Shown piece by piece: positions 27,092 to 46,584 of a DNA stretch of 64,000 nucleotides (within the stretch, counting starts at the first letter, position 1; the number at the start of each line of letters is the position of its first letter). The DNA comes from Amoebidium appalachense (lineage: Eukaryota; Protista; Ichthyosporea). A model generated the notes under the pieces. The model was given only the letters and a program-made list of their open reading frames with translations. It had not been told where the DNA came from and made no database searches. The position numbers and the translations under genes were made by a program. Where the stretch lies: NCBI GenBank assembly GCA_963693365.1, contig CAVNZM010000011.1, positions 1,364,001-1,428,000 of the forward strand. The letters run 5' to 3'.

Positions 27092-28502
27092 ACACAGCAC
27101 GGAGTTCGAATACACAACACAAGATGGGGTGTATTACATTCAATGGCATGGGCGGGGCGCATAAAGACCAGTGCATCAGTGCATGCCAGCAGTTTTGGGG
27201 AAGGATCGGGCAGGGGGGGGGGGGGGGGGGGGGGGGCTGTGTGTGTGTGTGTGTGTGTGTGTGTTTGTGTTTGTGTTTGTGTTTGTGTTTGTGTGTGTGT
27301 GTGTGTGTGTGTGCGCGCGCATCAATGCCCGGATGAGTGGGTGCATGGCAGGGGGAGGGGATGGGGGTCGGGATGGGGGATGGAGCAATGAAAGAGTGTG
27401 CGCATGAATTCAAATGCATGGAGGTGTGCCCAGGTGGTGCTTGCACAAATGGAACACCTGCTACGTGGCATGTTGAAAAAGGCAATGGGTGAAAAAAATG
27501 GGGTGCACAGAAATGAGGAAGAGCCGGAAAGGAAGAGAGAAGAGAAGGAAGGAGGTGGGGGTCAGGAATAAAGGAAAGAAGAAAAGAAATGTAGCAGTTG
27601 GTCTTTTCGGTGCAAGTGTCTGTGTGTGTCTGTAGACAGATACACGTGTCTCATCGTTTCATTGACTTCCTGAAAACGAGCTCTTATTCGCCTCTAATAT
27701 CCCCCCCCCCCCCCCCCCCCCCCCAATATATACACCCACCATAGCCTTACCCACACCCACCGGCCCCTGCCCCTCCTCTCCACCCACCAACCTGTTCCAC
27801 CCAGCTTTCCCACCACCCTACACGCGAAATCCCTCCTGCCCTCTTCCTCACAAGCTCCTAAATAGCCTCCCCCTCCCCCTCCCCCCCCCCCTCCCCCCAC
27901 CACCACTTGAAAAGCCCAGGCACAGTCTTCACCATGTGACACATTTATAGATATCCTTCCCTCCACCCCCCCCCCCATCTCCCCTCTCCCTACAAACCAC
28001 ATATCCTTCTTCTTAAGCTTCCCCACTTTCACCGGGTTCCGAGGGCACCTACACGATCTTTCTTTCAACAAACAACTCTTCAAAACTACCGCAACCGAAC
28101 CCCTCATAGCGCATCTTTCCTCACGCTCATCTCAATGCTTCGACAGCTCGATTCTCTCTCTCTCTCCCCCCCCCCCCCCCTCCCCCCCCCCCCCCTCTCT
28201 CTCTCTCTCCCCCTCCCCCCCTCTCCCCTCCCTCCCCCCTTCTCATATCCTCGCAACCCTCCCTTCCCCATTCCACTTGCTCTCGCAGCCTGACAAACTC
28301 ACTGCCACGCCTCAGCCCCATGCCCGTGAGCACGTACCGCCTTGCCGACCACGGGATCCAACAGCTGGTGCTCTTCACTGTGGTAGCTCCACTGGGCCTC
28401 CTCGCTGTAGAACATGGTCAGCAGCGAGGGGTCCTGGTTGAGGTGTGTGTAGTAGGCCTTGATAAAGGCCGCCCCCACAGCCCGGTTGTGATTGTTTGCC
28501 AT
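21779..28502 (-). CDS. G3BP/Rasputin/Bre5-like protein (NTF2-like domain, acidic PE repeat, RRM, RGG tail)
   Basis: Exons at about 28502-28338 (VGAAFIKAYYTHLNQDPSLLTMFY), 27036-26822 (LIVVTGE..RHFVQTFVLA..YTVVNDIF), 26315-26252, 25299-24993 (EPEPE repeats), ~24290-24162 (PKTFASI), 23550-23322 (GVFVRHIP..TEDELRAVF), 22778-22601 (GIGFVDL..LLVEER) and 21852-21779 (GGRGAGRGG, TAA). Confidence 0.9.
26320..26700. repeat. Intronic minisatellite, ~29-33 bp unit (AGAGTGGTCAGGGCAGTGTGCAAACAAACAAAC), about a dozen copies
   Basis: Read directly. It abuts the acceptor of G3BP-like exon 3. Confidence 0.9.
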
Positions 28503-29882
28503 GTTGCTGTCTGGCCCTGTGTGTGGGCAGTATTCCCTGTGGGCGCGGAGAATAGTGAGTGTCATGCTAGTGGGTCATAATTAGAATGAGGGACAGCAAG
28601 TGTGCACTGTTCTGTATAGAGCAAACACAGAACCCCTCTGGAAGTCGTAACTGGGATAGTAATGGTTAACCTAGCCTATTTACACTGTTGGGTGGGCTAC
28701 ACGACGAACAGATCAGAAACTATGAAGGCCAGAGTCGAGGTGATCAAATCCAGTATGCGAAGCTACAAGCAAGCGCTGCCGTTATTCAGCTAAAGAAAAT
28801 GCATGAAGTGTTGCAAGTGTGGAAGACGGCCACACCACTGTATCAAGCCGTGATGGCTGTTTGTAGGCTGCAGTATAACATCCCAGCTTCCTGGTAGTAT
28901 ATCCCAGACTTTGTCACGATGATTCCCACACTAGAACCTGCTCAACCTCTCACCACCCGCAACGCCTTTGTTCCTTCAAGAAAACACGATGCACCCTCCT
29001 TCTTCCTTACAAATTTACAACAGCTGTCACGCGGACTTGCTCAGCAAAACTGAACACGCGTGTGCTGCGTTGTTCACTTTACCCTTCACATCCTCTGATT
29101 GTCACTTAAATAACTGCACACTTAGTGAACAAACCGGCGGGACAAACGCCCAAAGGCGCCGTCATTGCACCAAGAGCCAAGGCGAAACACAAAAATCCGC
29201 TCCCCAAGATTCTTCGTCTACGCAAAAATCTATAGTTGGTCTACTGGATGAGGTTGTGGTTGTCGTGACAGCTCTATTGCCCACTGCCACATCCAATAAG
29301 CGAGGCACCGCTGTATGAGCACTGTAGTGCATTAAGCATAGCTTCTCTACAAGTGCACGATTTGAAGAAGAAGCCCTTTCCGTTGTAAAGAATTCTACAT
29401 TCAGCACAAAAGGTAGAGTTGGAAGGACGAAACAAGAACTGCGAGGTACCAATATCTTCTTGTTTCGCCGGGATTATGGTACAAAATCAGTACAAATTAT
29501 CCATGCCCTGTCACCGCCTGGACTACAGGCCAATATTCGCACTAGAGTGCCTCACCTTAAATTCTTTTCCTGCCTCTTGCCTCTTCCCCCTCACAAACTC
29601 TCTCTCTCTCTCCCTTTCAACTTTTCAAGGCTACAAAAAGCACCAGGCTGCCAGGCAAACAGCTGCAAAAAGTTTTGACACAAGAGTGCGAGCCCTGGCC
29701 CGACCCATGTGACGTTCACTAAGGATTTCTCAAGACCAATCACAACACGCTATTTTTAAACCGGTTCTGCTTAGGCGAATCAATAAGCTCTAAACTCAAA
29801 TCTTGTGTACAGATAAGGTGCCCGCCAAAAGCAAGTGGTGACCAATCAGAGGGCGCTTTGGTATCACTGTGACCCACGCATA

Positions 29883-29938
<56 letters not shown>

Positions 29939-30317
29939 TCAGCTCTCTCTTTATTTCCGAGGCTCACCTGTGTAGGGTTTGTCGCCGTAAATAGGACCCT
30001 CACGGTTTGCATGCCTTGTTCCGAGAACATTAAGGTCAACATCAGTAGTCAGTTCCTGTTTCCCAACAGAATTCGCTTTCTTTTCCGTTCGAGGTGGTTT
30101 GGTCACTACGAATTCTGAGTCCTCTCAAAATGGCTGTGCACACACAATAGCCAAGGGTCAACCTTTTGCAAGTCCACTTTCCCCTTTGCTGCTGCTAGTC
30201 GGGCTTGCCCGCCGCAGTTCAATCTAGCCCCTAGGGCTCCGAAGCATTTTTTTGCTTTTTCACCCGTAGACGACAGAGATAGAATAGTCGGTCTTTTTTG
30301 CCCTCGCAAACATCGCC

Positions 30318-30824
30318 ATGCCAAAAAGAAAACATGACAAAGAACAAAACAATCAAGAAGGTCAGGACCCGCCCACCAAGAAACCAAAGCAGACTCCTGC
30401 ATCCATATACCTTACACATCTTGTTACCTCTCTGGTCCAGAAGTATGGCTTATATGAGCCAAGAAGGGTAGCGCCGGGTATGTGGGGCAAAATACTGGTG
30501 TGCAGCTTCTGCAAAGAAGACGGAATAGACGACATGGTAAACCATCTTATAGTCAAACACGAAAATTATCTTCGCTCGGAGGCTACCCCAGTTGATGTGG
30601 GCTATTTGCTTCAAGAGAGCGGGATTTTTACCACGAGATATCACGAGGTATGGGCAGTAACAGGGAACCCGCTCACTGAAATGAGTGGTGAGTATAAGCA
30701 CATGGTGTGGAAGAGGTTCCAGCAGAGGGCCAACTCGCACAGAGCCCAGACCACCGTAAGAGGAAAAATGATGAGGAAGCGCCAGGAGGAAAATCGATTA
30801 AAGAAAAGGTTGAAATCAGAGTGA
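30318..30824 (+). CDS. Hypothetical 168-aa basic protein with a CxxC...HxxxxH zinc-finger-like motif
   Basis: Complex, repeat-free ATG ORF containing CSFC...NHLIVKH, with NLS-like ends (MPKRK, KKRLK). Additional downstream exons are not excluded. Confidence 0.55.
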   Translation: MPKRKHDKEQNNQEGQDPPTKKPKQTPASIYLTHLVTSLVQKYGLYEPRRVAPGMWGKILVCSFCKEDGIDDMVNHLIVKHENYLRSEATPVDVGYLLQESGIFTTRYHEVWAVTGNPLTEMSGEYKHMVWKRFQQRANSHRAQTTVRGKMMRKRQEENRLKKRLKSE

Positions 30825-31029
30825 ACAGGACTAATAATGGCGCGAAGGTCAGACAAAACGGCTTGAATGTTGGGTCAGAAGTGGTCTGCCAGCTGAAAGC
30901 TCGCTGGAGCCTAAGCCAGGTAGTTTGCTTTTCCGGGCCTCCTTTTGTCATGTTTTCCATATTACAAGTGGTGGTTGGGAGGGTCAAATTTGTGTCCTGT
31001 GCTTTTTGTGTTGCCTGGCCTGGTACGCC

Positions 31030-31065
<36 letters not shown>

Positions 31066-31168
31066 CCCACCCACGCAACACCACCACCACCACCACCACC
31101 CCAGTGTCTTGTAATACCTTCTCCCTCCTCTCTCATCGCTCCGCCATCAGGGGAGCCCTCTCTCCAAT

Positions 31169-31229
<61 letters not shown>

Positions 31230-31360
31230 GTCTTGATTCGGATGACTTCACGTGCAGGGTTACTACAGCGCATACATACCTTTGCACACTGCAGGGCAGC
31301 GATATTCAACCATTATATCTATGTGTGATGAGTGTCTACTTCTTTTTTTTTCCCTATTTT

Positions 31361-31391
<31 letters not shown>

Positions 31392-31594
31392 CAGGGGGAC
31401 GGAGGAATACAATTACGGATCTCGCTCGGCCTCCGACCCCTCCCCCCCCACACACACACACATACACACACCCCTCTTGCCTTTCTTGCTGTTATGCAAT
31501 CTAATCCCTCCCTCCCCCCCCCCCCCCACTACGACCCCCTCCACCCACCCCCCACTCGCCACCCCCCTCCTGCCATCCCCCCCCACCCCCACCC

Positions 31595-31635
<41 letters not shown>

Positions 31636-31910
31636 CCATCCGTGCCCTAACGTGTGTCTTTCTTCCTGTTTGTATCTGTGGTTGCATCTAGAGTCTGTGC
31701 CATGACGTGTCTGTGCAACGTCTTTTTCTAGCTTTTACCCTTTCGAGGCGTGTGTTATTGACTTCTTAAATTTTGCACCAACAGGTTCTGCCTTGCACGG
31801 GAGAGCAGGGAGACGACGACGAGATTAGACTTGGGGAGTTTTCTGACCCCTTCTCTATTGTGCTGCATCTATGGCGAGTACAGGGTGGCATCCACGAACC
31901 TCCGGGTGGG

Positions 31911-31951
<41 letters not shown>

Positions 31952-32489
31952 GGATATATCGATACATGGTGGCCTTTCTGGTTCTACTCGGGTGACCCCC
32001 ACCGCTTATATGCAAGGATTCTGTTCTTGCCATAATTTATTAGAAGTTTATATGACTTTATTGTCTCTGTTGGTGCATAGTGTGTTTGCCATCACTGTAA
32101 CTTAGTGGCCAGAGTAATCATAATCCCTCAAAACGATGACACCTCACCTGTATACGTACCCACACCCACGACAAACACATCCACAGGCACACGCACAAGC
32201 ACAAGTGAATAAGGACAAACTCTAAGCACTGAGTCAGTGTACCATACATGATAAAAGCGCTCTCTCGCATTCACATGAACTCCGAGTGAAGATGACACAA
32301 AGGAACACTGTTTCGACTAGGCCTCGAGCTCGAGCTCGGCTTTTGTTGCCCATATATACTTGCACGGCCTGTGACCCCACCCCCACCCCCCCCCCACACA
32401 CACACACATACACAGTCACAGTCACACACACATTATGATACACACGTACACGTACACACACGCACGCACGCACGCACGCACGCACACGT

Positions 32490-32527
<38 letters not shown>

Positions 32528-32702
32528 AGATGCATGACTTTCTTTCTGTGCTAGCCTTTTTGCAAACCTCCGTTGTTTCGTCCGTGTGAATGTGCCATTT
32601 TCACTCCGCGGGCAAGGGGATCATAGTGAATGCAAAATGTGGTACATGTTTGCCGCTGGCAGTGGCCAATACATAAATGCCTCTTAAGATATGACATACG
32701 CT

Positions 32703-32762
<60 letters not shown>

Positions 32763-32800
32763 AAAAAAAAAAGAAAAAGAAAAAGAAAAAAAAAACATAG

Positions 32801-32838
<38 letters not shown>

Positions 32839-33080
32839 ACACACCCCAAAAATTTCGAAATTTTAAAACATGTAGTGAATTCGGGGGGGGGGGGGGGGGG
32901 GGGGTAGGTAATGATTAAGTAATATTGCACTTGATACTCTACCAAGCAGTTCGACAGGCTCTTCCGCGGATAATTTCTGCGGGTGCAGCTGCATTTACTG
33001 TATAAGCCCGTATGCGTGCACATAAAGCCCCATGATGCCATGTAATTAAATCAAGTGGGGCGAATGTGACGTTAAAGAGT

Positions 33081-33121
<41 letters not shown>

Positions 33122-33196
33122 TGAGGGATTTATTAGAAACCGTGAGTATATGTGAGGAGAGAGAGAAGGAGGTGACTGAATGCTACGGAGACGGCA

Positions 33197-33466
33197 GGGG
33201 GGGGGGGGGGGGGGGGTTTTGAATGCGTCAAAAAGTACGAAGTACACAAGAACAAACGGATAACACGATGCAGAATGCAAGCCATACATAAAGAGTATGC
33301 ATAATAAGCAGAGCCCATCCTCAGGGGGGGCCCACGTCATCCACAGTACCCGAGTTTCGACCTATTCCCCTCGTTAACGAAACCCAACTCAGATACTGTT
33401 TCACTTGAACATGAGTAGGTCACCCGTCTTGATCAGAGACGAGCAGGGTTGCTTATGCAGGCAAGG
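33197..33466 (-). mobile_element. Poly(C)-tailed structured repeat, longest copy (subfamily 1)
   Basis: On the minus strand it starts CCTTGCCTGCATAAGCAACCCTGCTCGTC, the same 5' end as the 38668 copy, and ends GACGCATTCAAAA followed by poly(C). Confidence 0.85.
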
Positions 33467-34168
33467 GCAGTGGGAAAGGCCGGGGGTTAAAGTTGCAGCA
33501 GTAAGCAGAAGCAAGAAAAATATAGATAGGAACTCAGGAGACGGGGCTTCTAGGAAGCTCCCCCGTCGATACCTAAGTCGATACTTCCCTGGCTAACATA
33601 CTACACCAGCTGAAAAGAATTAAGTCCCGAAGGCCACAGAATTCGTAATCAGAGGGGAAAATATGAGAGGGGGGGGGGGGGAAGGGGAGCTCGAGGGAAT
33701 CTGGGGGAGGCATGGTGTGCTCTGGGGTGTGCTTGCTTGTAGTAGCGTCACCAGATCCAGCATGTCTATTTTAGGGCAGCCAGTGGGTTGCCAGACACAA
33801 TTAGTTAGCCATAGTAGTCAGATAATCGTCAGCAACCAAATAGCTATCCAAAAACAGGAACCACTTGCACGCGCACACACGCGCGCTTTGTGGCGGGGGC
33901 CGGGGGGGAGGAGCGGGCGGGCGGGGGGAGGGGGGGGGGGGGTGAGCTGCATGTGTCAAGATTTTTATTGCCACTGTACGAACGGGCTGATAAGCCCGAC
34001 TGGCCCCAAGCCACGGCAAGCAAACACACACGTGCTTGGGCCATCGAGTGTCGGCATACGTGGTTGCTACTAACCATAAAGGAACGAGGTAATATTGTTA
34101 CGGCATTAATCCTTACAGGATACACTTAGTTTATACAAAACTTTGGTGGCAGAGTTCGAACACAGATT

Positions 34169-34206
<38 letters not shown>

Positions 34207-34546
34207 TTTCCCCCCCTCTCCAAAGACAAACAAAAAGCCCCCATCAGCCCCAACAACTCTACTGCTACCACACAACATAAAAAAAGCACTGCGACGGCCG
34301 ATTAACGGGCCCATGGCTAAGATAATCCTACACCTACACTTCTTTCCATTAACTCGGGTCACATATTCGACGAACGGGCATGCCAAAACCGGTAACCGTT
34401 TACCTATTTCGACTCAAACCCGCTTGCCCACACACCAACCACCCCTCACCCGCAATCACTTCCACCCAGCGCAATTTACAAGGCTACCCCTACGATTTTC
34501 ATATAGATGGGACCACTTGCCATAAACAGCTGTTTTTTGTGGCCAG

Positions 34547-40687
<6,141 letters not shown>

Positions 40688-42867
40688 TTTTGCAGTTCTT
40701 TAGAAACAACGAATGTAACAGCGGTTTCTGTAATGTCTAAGGTGGGGGGGGGGGAAAAAATGTGCTTAAATCATAGAAAGTAGGAGGGTGGAAAAAACTA
40801 TATTTTACTAGTGACTTGTTTCAAACGGTTGCCCTATTCGCAAAGGGGATTAGGTAGGGTATCACAAGGTTGAACTGCCTCCGCTAACCGAAAAAAACCT
40901 TCTCTGGAAGAACCTGGAACGAAAAAAACACTAATATACAACAACCATTCGCTTGTGGTGTTAGTAAAGGGTTTGTTGGGTGTGCCATATACAGGTAAGC
41001 CAAACACCAGGGCAACGACTCATCAACGAGGCACGTAACGGACAACCTGCAGAAAGCCCTGTGTGCCGGCAGCATGTGACAAATATCCAATCATAAATAT
41101 TCATTAACAGTTTAAAGATCCAAATCTTTTATCATCTAAGTTCTGATTGGACCATCTGCCGCCATCACAGATTGGAACTGGCGCCAGTTCTGCTACGCCC
41201 GAATAAACAAAGTGACGCAATTCGTAGAGAAACCCCCAGGATGCCTAGCAGTTAAAAATCTTATGCCAAATGTATTTGTAGGTCTACAATAAAGTATATT
41301 GAGAAAATATGTGTATATTTTGCAGAAACAGCGACGTTCCTGCTCTGAACACGCTATGATACCATCAAAATGTGTAAGTGGCCAATAGATTCATTAGAAT
41401 ATTCACTCGTTTCGCCGGAGATCGACATCTGCCGTAAACTATGCATGACTAAAAACGAATGAAAAGCAAAATAAGCATAAAAGATATTTTCGGGTTGTGG
41501 TCAACATGGTTCAGACATCGTAAACATTCCCTAGTAACGCACATAAATGCATAAAATGAGTTAAAAAGCATTATTAAGATATAAAATTAAAGTACCGATA
41601 GAGATTTGTGCTACGTACTGTAGGGCGAAGCAAACGGCTTCTCTTTACTGTATTCTCAAAGCGGACCAATGAACACTCGCTTCAGCACACTCGATGTCGG
41701 CATGCCCTGGATCCGCATCTATTCGGGATCCAAGATCAGATGGACCTTCTGAGCCATTTCGCCGCCTACTGTACGTTGAACTTCGTTCACGGAGTTTAGC
41801 CCTCAACCTCACAGTTCATACGTTTGCTCTCACGGAGCTACCAGTGGATAAGTAGGGCCGTTTGCTGGAGAAAGCAAATTCCCTCAACCAGTAGTTATGA
41901 ATGCGTGAAATGGGCTTCTTGTTGGTGGGGAGGCGAAATGACCGAATGATCATAACCGGTTCCTTTGTTAGGATCTTCAGAGTCAAGCTACTAGTCCCTC
42001 AGCGATTGACAGCTCAAGTGTTACCAGACGTATAACCTCGAGGTTTTCTCAAATTTCTATAGCTACGGAGCACACGAGACTAGTAATAACGAATAACCCA
42101 TCCTTGATGTGCTTGTTCAGCTTGAATTCGATTAGTGCGAACAGTGAAATTGCACAACGTAACAGGTTTTCGAAAGTATGAATATGCAAATGGCCCATTT
42201 TGGCACAGTGAATACAGAATCGAGTAGGCAGCGTACGCCAGGGCTTGGTTTGTCTATACAGTGTAAAAGTTGGTGCTCTATCCCTTAGGTTGCTCAGCAG
42301 GGAGAAGGTCGCTTTTAACAACATTGTTAACTTAAATTCGAACGGCTTAATTCTAGATTAAGTCACACTATTTATAACATGCACATCGCGGCGATTTTGA
42401 CCTTCGAGCTTACTGCGCCACCTTGTGCTAGGGCTGCAAACACACTACTACATGTATATATGTTACTCACATTAGTTAGCATGACCAGCTGGCATGGCCT
42501 TGGTTGCAGATTGAACGTACTTTTATATGAAGTGGTGACAGTAGGAATGGTGTAAGGATGCTTTAGGGTGATTTACAACTGTATATTGTTTACCCCCCCC
42601 CCCCCTTCCCTCCCCCCCCCTCCCCCCCCCCCCCCCCCCCTGCTCCCACGTCCCTTGCCTCGTAGTAAGTGCAACCTTAATTTATTTGGTGCTTTTTTTC
42701 TACAGGACACGCCAAGCAGTAAAAGTAGGTCGGGGACGATTTTAAGGGGAAAAAAATGAAATGCGGACAAGGGAAACAAAGCACACTGTCCTCACCCACA
42801 TGGTCACCACTGCCTAACCCAACACACTAAAGGTCTCCTCTCTCTCAGTAGACACTATAGGGAACAT

Positions 42868-43894
42868 TTAATAGCTTCCTCCAGCATGCTTGTTCACCAC
42901 CTCCCAGTCCTTGTCCGACAGCTTGTCTCTCTTTCTCACAAACCAACCGGTTATTGCATATCTCCGTGTCTTTTCCTGACCCTCGACATCATGGGTCATC
43001 AAAACCTCGTGATATGTTTGTTTGGGCTTTGTAGGAAACAATGCCATGCGGTTAAACTTGGGCCGGACAAAGGCGTCGCTGTCCTTTACCTTCCTCCCTC
43101 GCTTGAAAAACCCGTTGTGAAAAATCAGCTCTCCACCAGCTCTCTCATCGACAATGTTATTTAGATAGTACGTAAACGCTACAGACCCCAAGTTGAAGTC
43201 GTCGTGTGCCGCCAGAAAAATCCCCGTCTGTGTAACAGCTAACGAACATGTCAATGGTAACGGCCACCTTGTTTGGTGACTCTTCCCCCTCCTCCTCCTT
43301 CCGGTTGGCGCCATCCCACTGTGCCTTATCGAGGGCCCCGGCAACCAGCTCCCGCATACCCTCGCTATCAAACAACTTGCTGATGGTCTTGTAGAGCTCA
43401 TTTCTCCGATCAAGCTCGTACTTGGAGTAGCAAAATATGCCTTGTTCCTTGGCAATTGCAGCTCTCTCCTTTCTCTTCTCCACGTCAAAATTTCCTCTCT
43501 CTTTTGTGTTTGTTCCCGGAATGTTAGCAACATAAAGCCACTGGTCATCTCTCTCCCACTGCTTGTCTAGTTCGTCCGCTAATTGGCGTGCGTATTCGGG
43601 TTGCAAAACGTCGTCCAGTTGTATTACAGGAACCCCGTGAGGAAGCTCTTGTATCGTGGCGTCAGCCAAGCATTTTGGGTTTACTAAGAGAGCGGGTTCA
43701 TCGTTTTCTCGTCTCTCTTCCGTTTTGAAGCGATCGCAGGACCCAGCACCTTCTTCGCTACAAGATGACTGGTCGCTTCCAAACAGTTCCCCTACACTGC
43801 CACTATGATAATCCTGTTCTGTGTTCTCTGCTGTCGTGTAGTTTGGGATTGCTAGGGTTACACCCAGAAAGAGGAGCCCCCATATGTGCTTCAT
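42868..43894 (-). CDS. Intronless 2OG-Fe(II) oxygenase (prolyl-hydroxylase/OGFOD1-like) with signal peptide; 1-nt frameshift near 43216-43220
   Basis: Begins with the signal-like MKHIWGLLFLGVTLA. Removing one T from GATTTTTCTG joins the two ORFs into DMFVSCYTDGDFLAAHDD (HxD), FTYYLN..GGELIF..PKFNRMALF..YHEV (distal His) and RYAITGWF. Confidence 0.85.
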
Positions 43895-44642
43895 TGTGTC
43901 TGGAGCTAATATCTATAGGTGCACGTAGACTTTGTGACCCTTATGTTTGTTCCTTTCAAACTTTGTGCCCTTGCAACTGCCGGTAACCAAGAACCTGAAA
44001 CTTTTGAATACCTGAAACTGTGGTGTTGGTTTCCAAAAAAATTATTGTCTGTCAAGTCATTTATTTCGGGATCCTCGAAATAAGGTCCTAGAGCTTGTTG
44101 ATTCACCAATCAGAGCAGCAATATTCTGGCCAATGCCACCAAGGAACCCAATTTGCCGCTTTCTGGCCTATGTCGACGCTACGTGTACACCTGCATAGTC
44201 ACAAGGCACTCATGAGCTCAAAGAGTAAGCTGACTGTGTGCTTGTGCAGGCTCGAGCATTCCCGCATCAATTGCAAAAGACAGCAGCGTCGTTCCTCTTG
44301 CCTCTGTATGCAGAGTCTCGAGCTTTGGCTCCTACGTTTCCCCCTATCGTCAACACACCCTCAAGCACCTGCTGTCCTAAAGCTGGGGCTCTCTGTAGAG
44401 TGGATCTGTGTCCCTCGCTAATGATTAGAGTTTCATGTCTATTTTTGTTTAGGAAAATATCTTTTACTCGAAAGAGTTGTTGCTGGCATCCGAGTGCCCA
44501 AACCTCATTACTGGACCTTGAAAGAAATCAGAGGACGATGGCATCCGGGCAGGTGGCAAAAACAAACGTCTAGACACACAGCCGAATCCAGGATCTTTAA
44601 ACTTCTAGTTAGTTTTATGGTAGAGGGGTTAAGGCGGGAAAG

Positions 44643-44800
44643 ATGGGAGACATAGCGAATAAGGACGAAGCGGAGAAGTGCATAGAGATAGGCATCAAGC
44701 ACCTGGCTTCTGGACACACAGAAAAGGCGCTCAAGTTTTTTAGGAAGAGTGATGCCCTCTATCCTTCTGGTGAGTGAGTGTGTGTATTTGCCTTCATGCG

Positions 44801-44887
<87 letters not shown>

Positions 44888-44925
44888 CGTGTGTGTGTGC
44901 GCCTGTATACATGTCTGTGCTTGGG

Positions 44926-44984
<59 letters not shown>

Positions 44985-45327
44985 GCGTGTGTGTGTGTTT
45001 GTGCTCTTGTGCTCGCGTGTGTGTCTGTGTACGTGTGTGTGTATGCGCACGTGCGCTGCGATGCGTCTGTATGTTCTGTTGTGTCTGGGTATACATATGT
45101 TTCTGTTTTGTGTGCGAATAGTAGTTAGTGTGGCCGTGGTTTTCTTTTTTGCGGTGCTTGAAGGACAACATACACCCACACACGGGCGTGTCTACACATA
45201 AGCACACTTGCACACACCCTTTTTGAACCCTCCCTTTTGCCTAAACCCGCCACCCTCCGGCACCTGATGCCTACCCTTTGTTTTTCAATTGTATGACTGA
45301 CAAGTTCCACTTGGGAACTGCGCCAAC

Positions 45328-45364
<37 letters not shown>

Positions 45365-45550
45365 TTCCCCCCCCTCCTCTCTCCACCGTGTTGTCCGTTG
45401 TCAATGTGTGCTTCGTACTCAAAGACACAGTCACCTCCCCCCCCCCCCCCCCCCCCCTCCCCCCCTTCCCTCGTCCCCCTCCCCGTTTGATTCGTTGCTG
45501 TCCGCTTTCACCTTTCTTGTAACAGTGGTTTCTGTGAACCCATTCCCCCC

Positions 45551-45583
<33 letters not shown>

Positions 45584-46112
45584 TCTCTCTCTCTCTCTCC
45601 CTCTCTCCCTCCCCCCCCCCCCCCTCCCCCCCCCCCTCCCCCCCGGGCGCCGCCCTTTCCCTCCACCACGTCTCCCTGCACCCCCCTCCCACTCTTTGTA
45701 CAAAGATATGGGTGAGTGGCATATTCCCAGAAAGCCAGTCTAGACCTCCCCCCTCTCCCCCTCCCGTCCCCATCCCCCCCACCCTCCCCCCCCCCCCCCT
45801 CCCCCCCCCACCTTACTCCTCCTTCCTTCTCTCTTTGCTGATGGGCACTGTTTGTCTGCCTTTCATTTCCTTTGCCTGTTCTGTGTTGGCCCCTTGTGTT
45901 GTGTTGTCTGAGTGTCTCGTTTCTGTCTTGTCTTCGTTCATAGTCACTTCGGTGCCGTATGTTCTACCTAGGCCTTCCATTGTGTGTTGTGCGCCCTCGC
46001 CCACCCACACACATCACCATGTCCCCTGCCCCTGCGAGCATCCTTTTAACATGTTGTTTTCCTTTTTTTTTTATGTCTCTAATTCTATAATTCATACTTC
46101 GAATGCATACAT

Positions 46113-46143
<31 letters not shown>

Positions 46144-46523
46144 CGCCCGGCGAGAATGGGCTCTACTTACGACTTATTTATACTATGCAAAATCTGCTTT
46201 TTGTTTTCCGTCGTGAATGTGTACTCTGTAACACAGTCTACCCCCCCCCCCCCCCCCCCCCGGGTGCCTCCACACACGACGTCAACACACAAACACCTCC
46301 GCCTTTCTCTCTGTGAGCACATGACCTGCATAAACTCATAATGAGCACCCGGTTAATAATCAGCCCGGTCTCCCTCTCGGACAAACATCTTATAAGACCA
46401 GTGCTTCGCCCATGTAAAGCCTCGAATTCACACTGACACACACAAGTGGATATTCACACACAAACACACACACACATGCGCATACTCAGACACCAACCCC
46501 CTCCCCCCTCACCCCCCCCCCCC

Positions 46524-46584
<61 letters not shown>

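Noticed and set aside
33296-33466. 5S rRNA- or tRNA-derived SINE head (CTCGTC..TGATC, GTACTGTGGATG, GGTCGAAAC)
   Set aside because: Only short word matches. The spacing does not fit 5S, there is no convincing A box, and the B-box-like word deviates from consensus.
33296-33466. Fanzor/TnpB omega-RNA or HDV-like ribozyme
   Set aside because: There is no RuvC nuclease ORF or transposon end followed by a variable guide, and I could not fit the HDV nested double pseudoknot.
42049-42324. Gag-like zinc knuckle (CIHCAKMGH)
   Set aside because: The final Cys of CCHC is missing and there is no supporting retroelement context.
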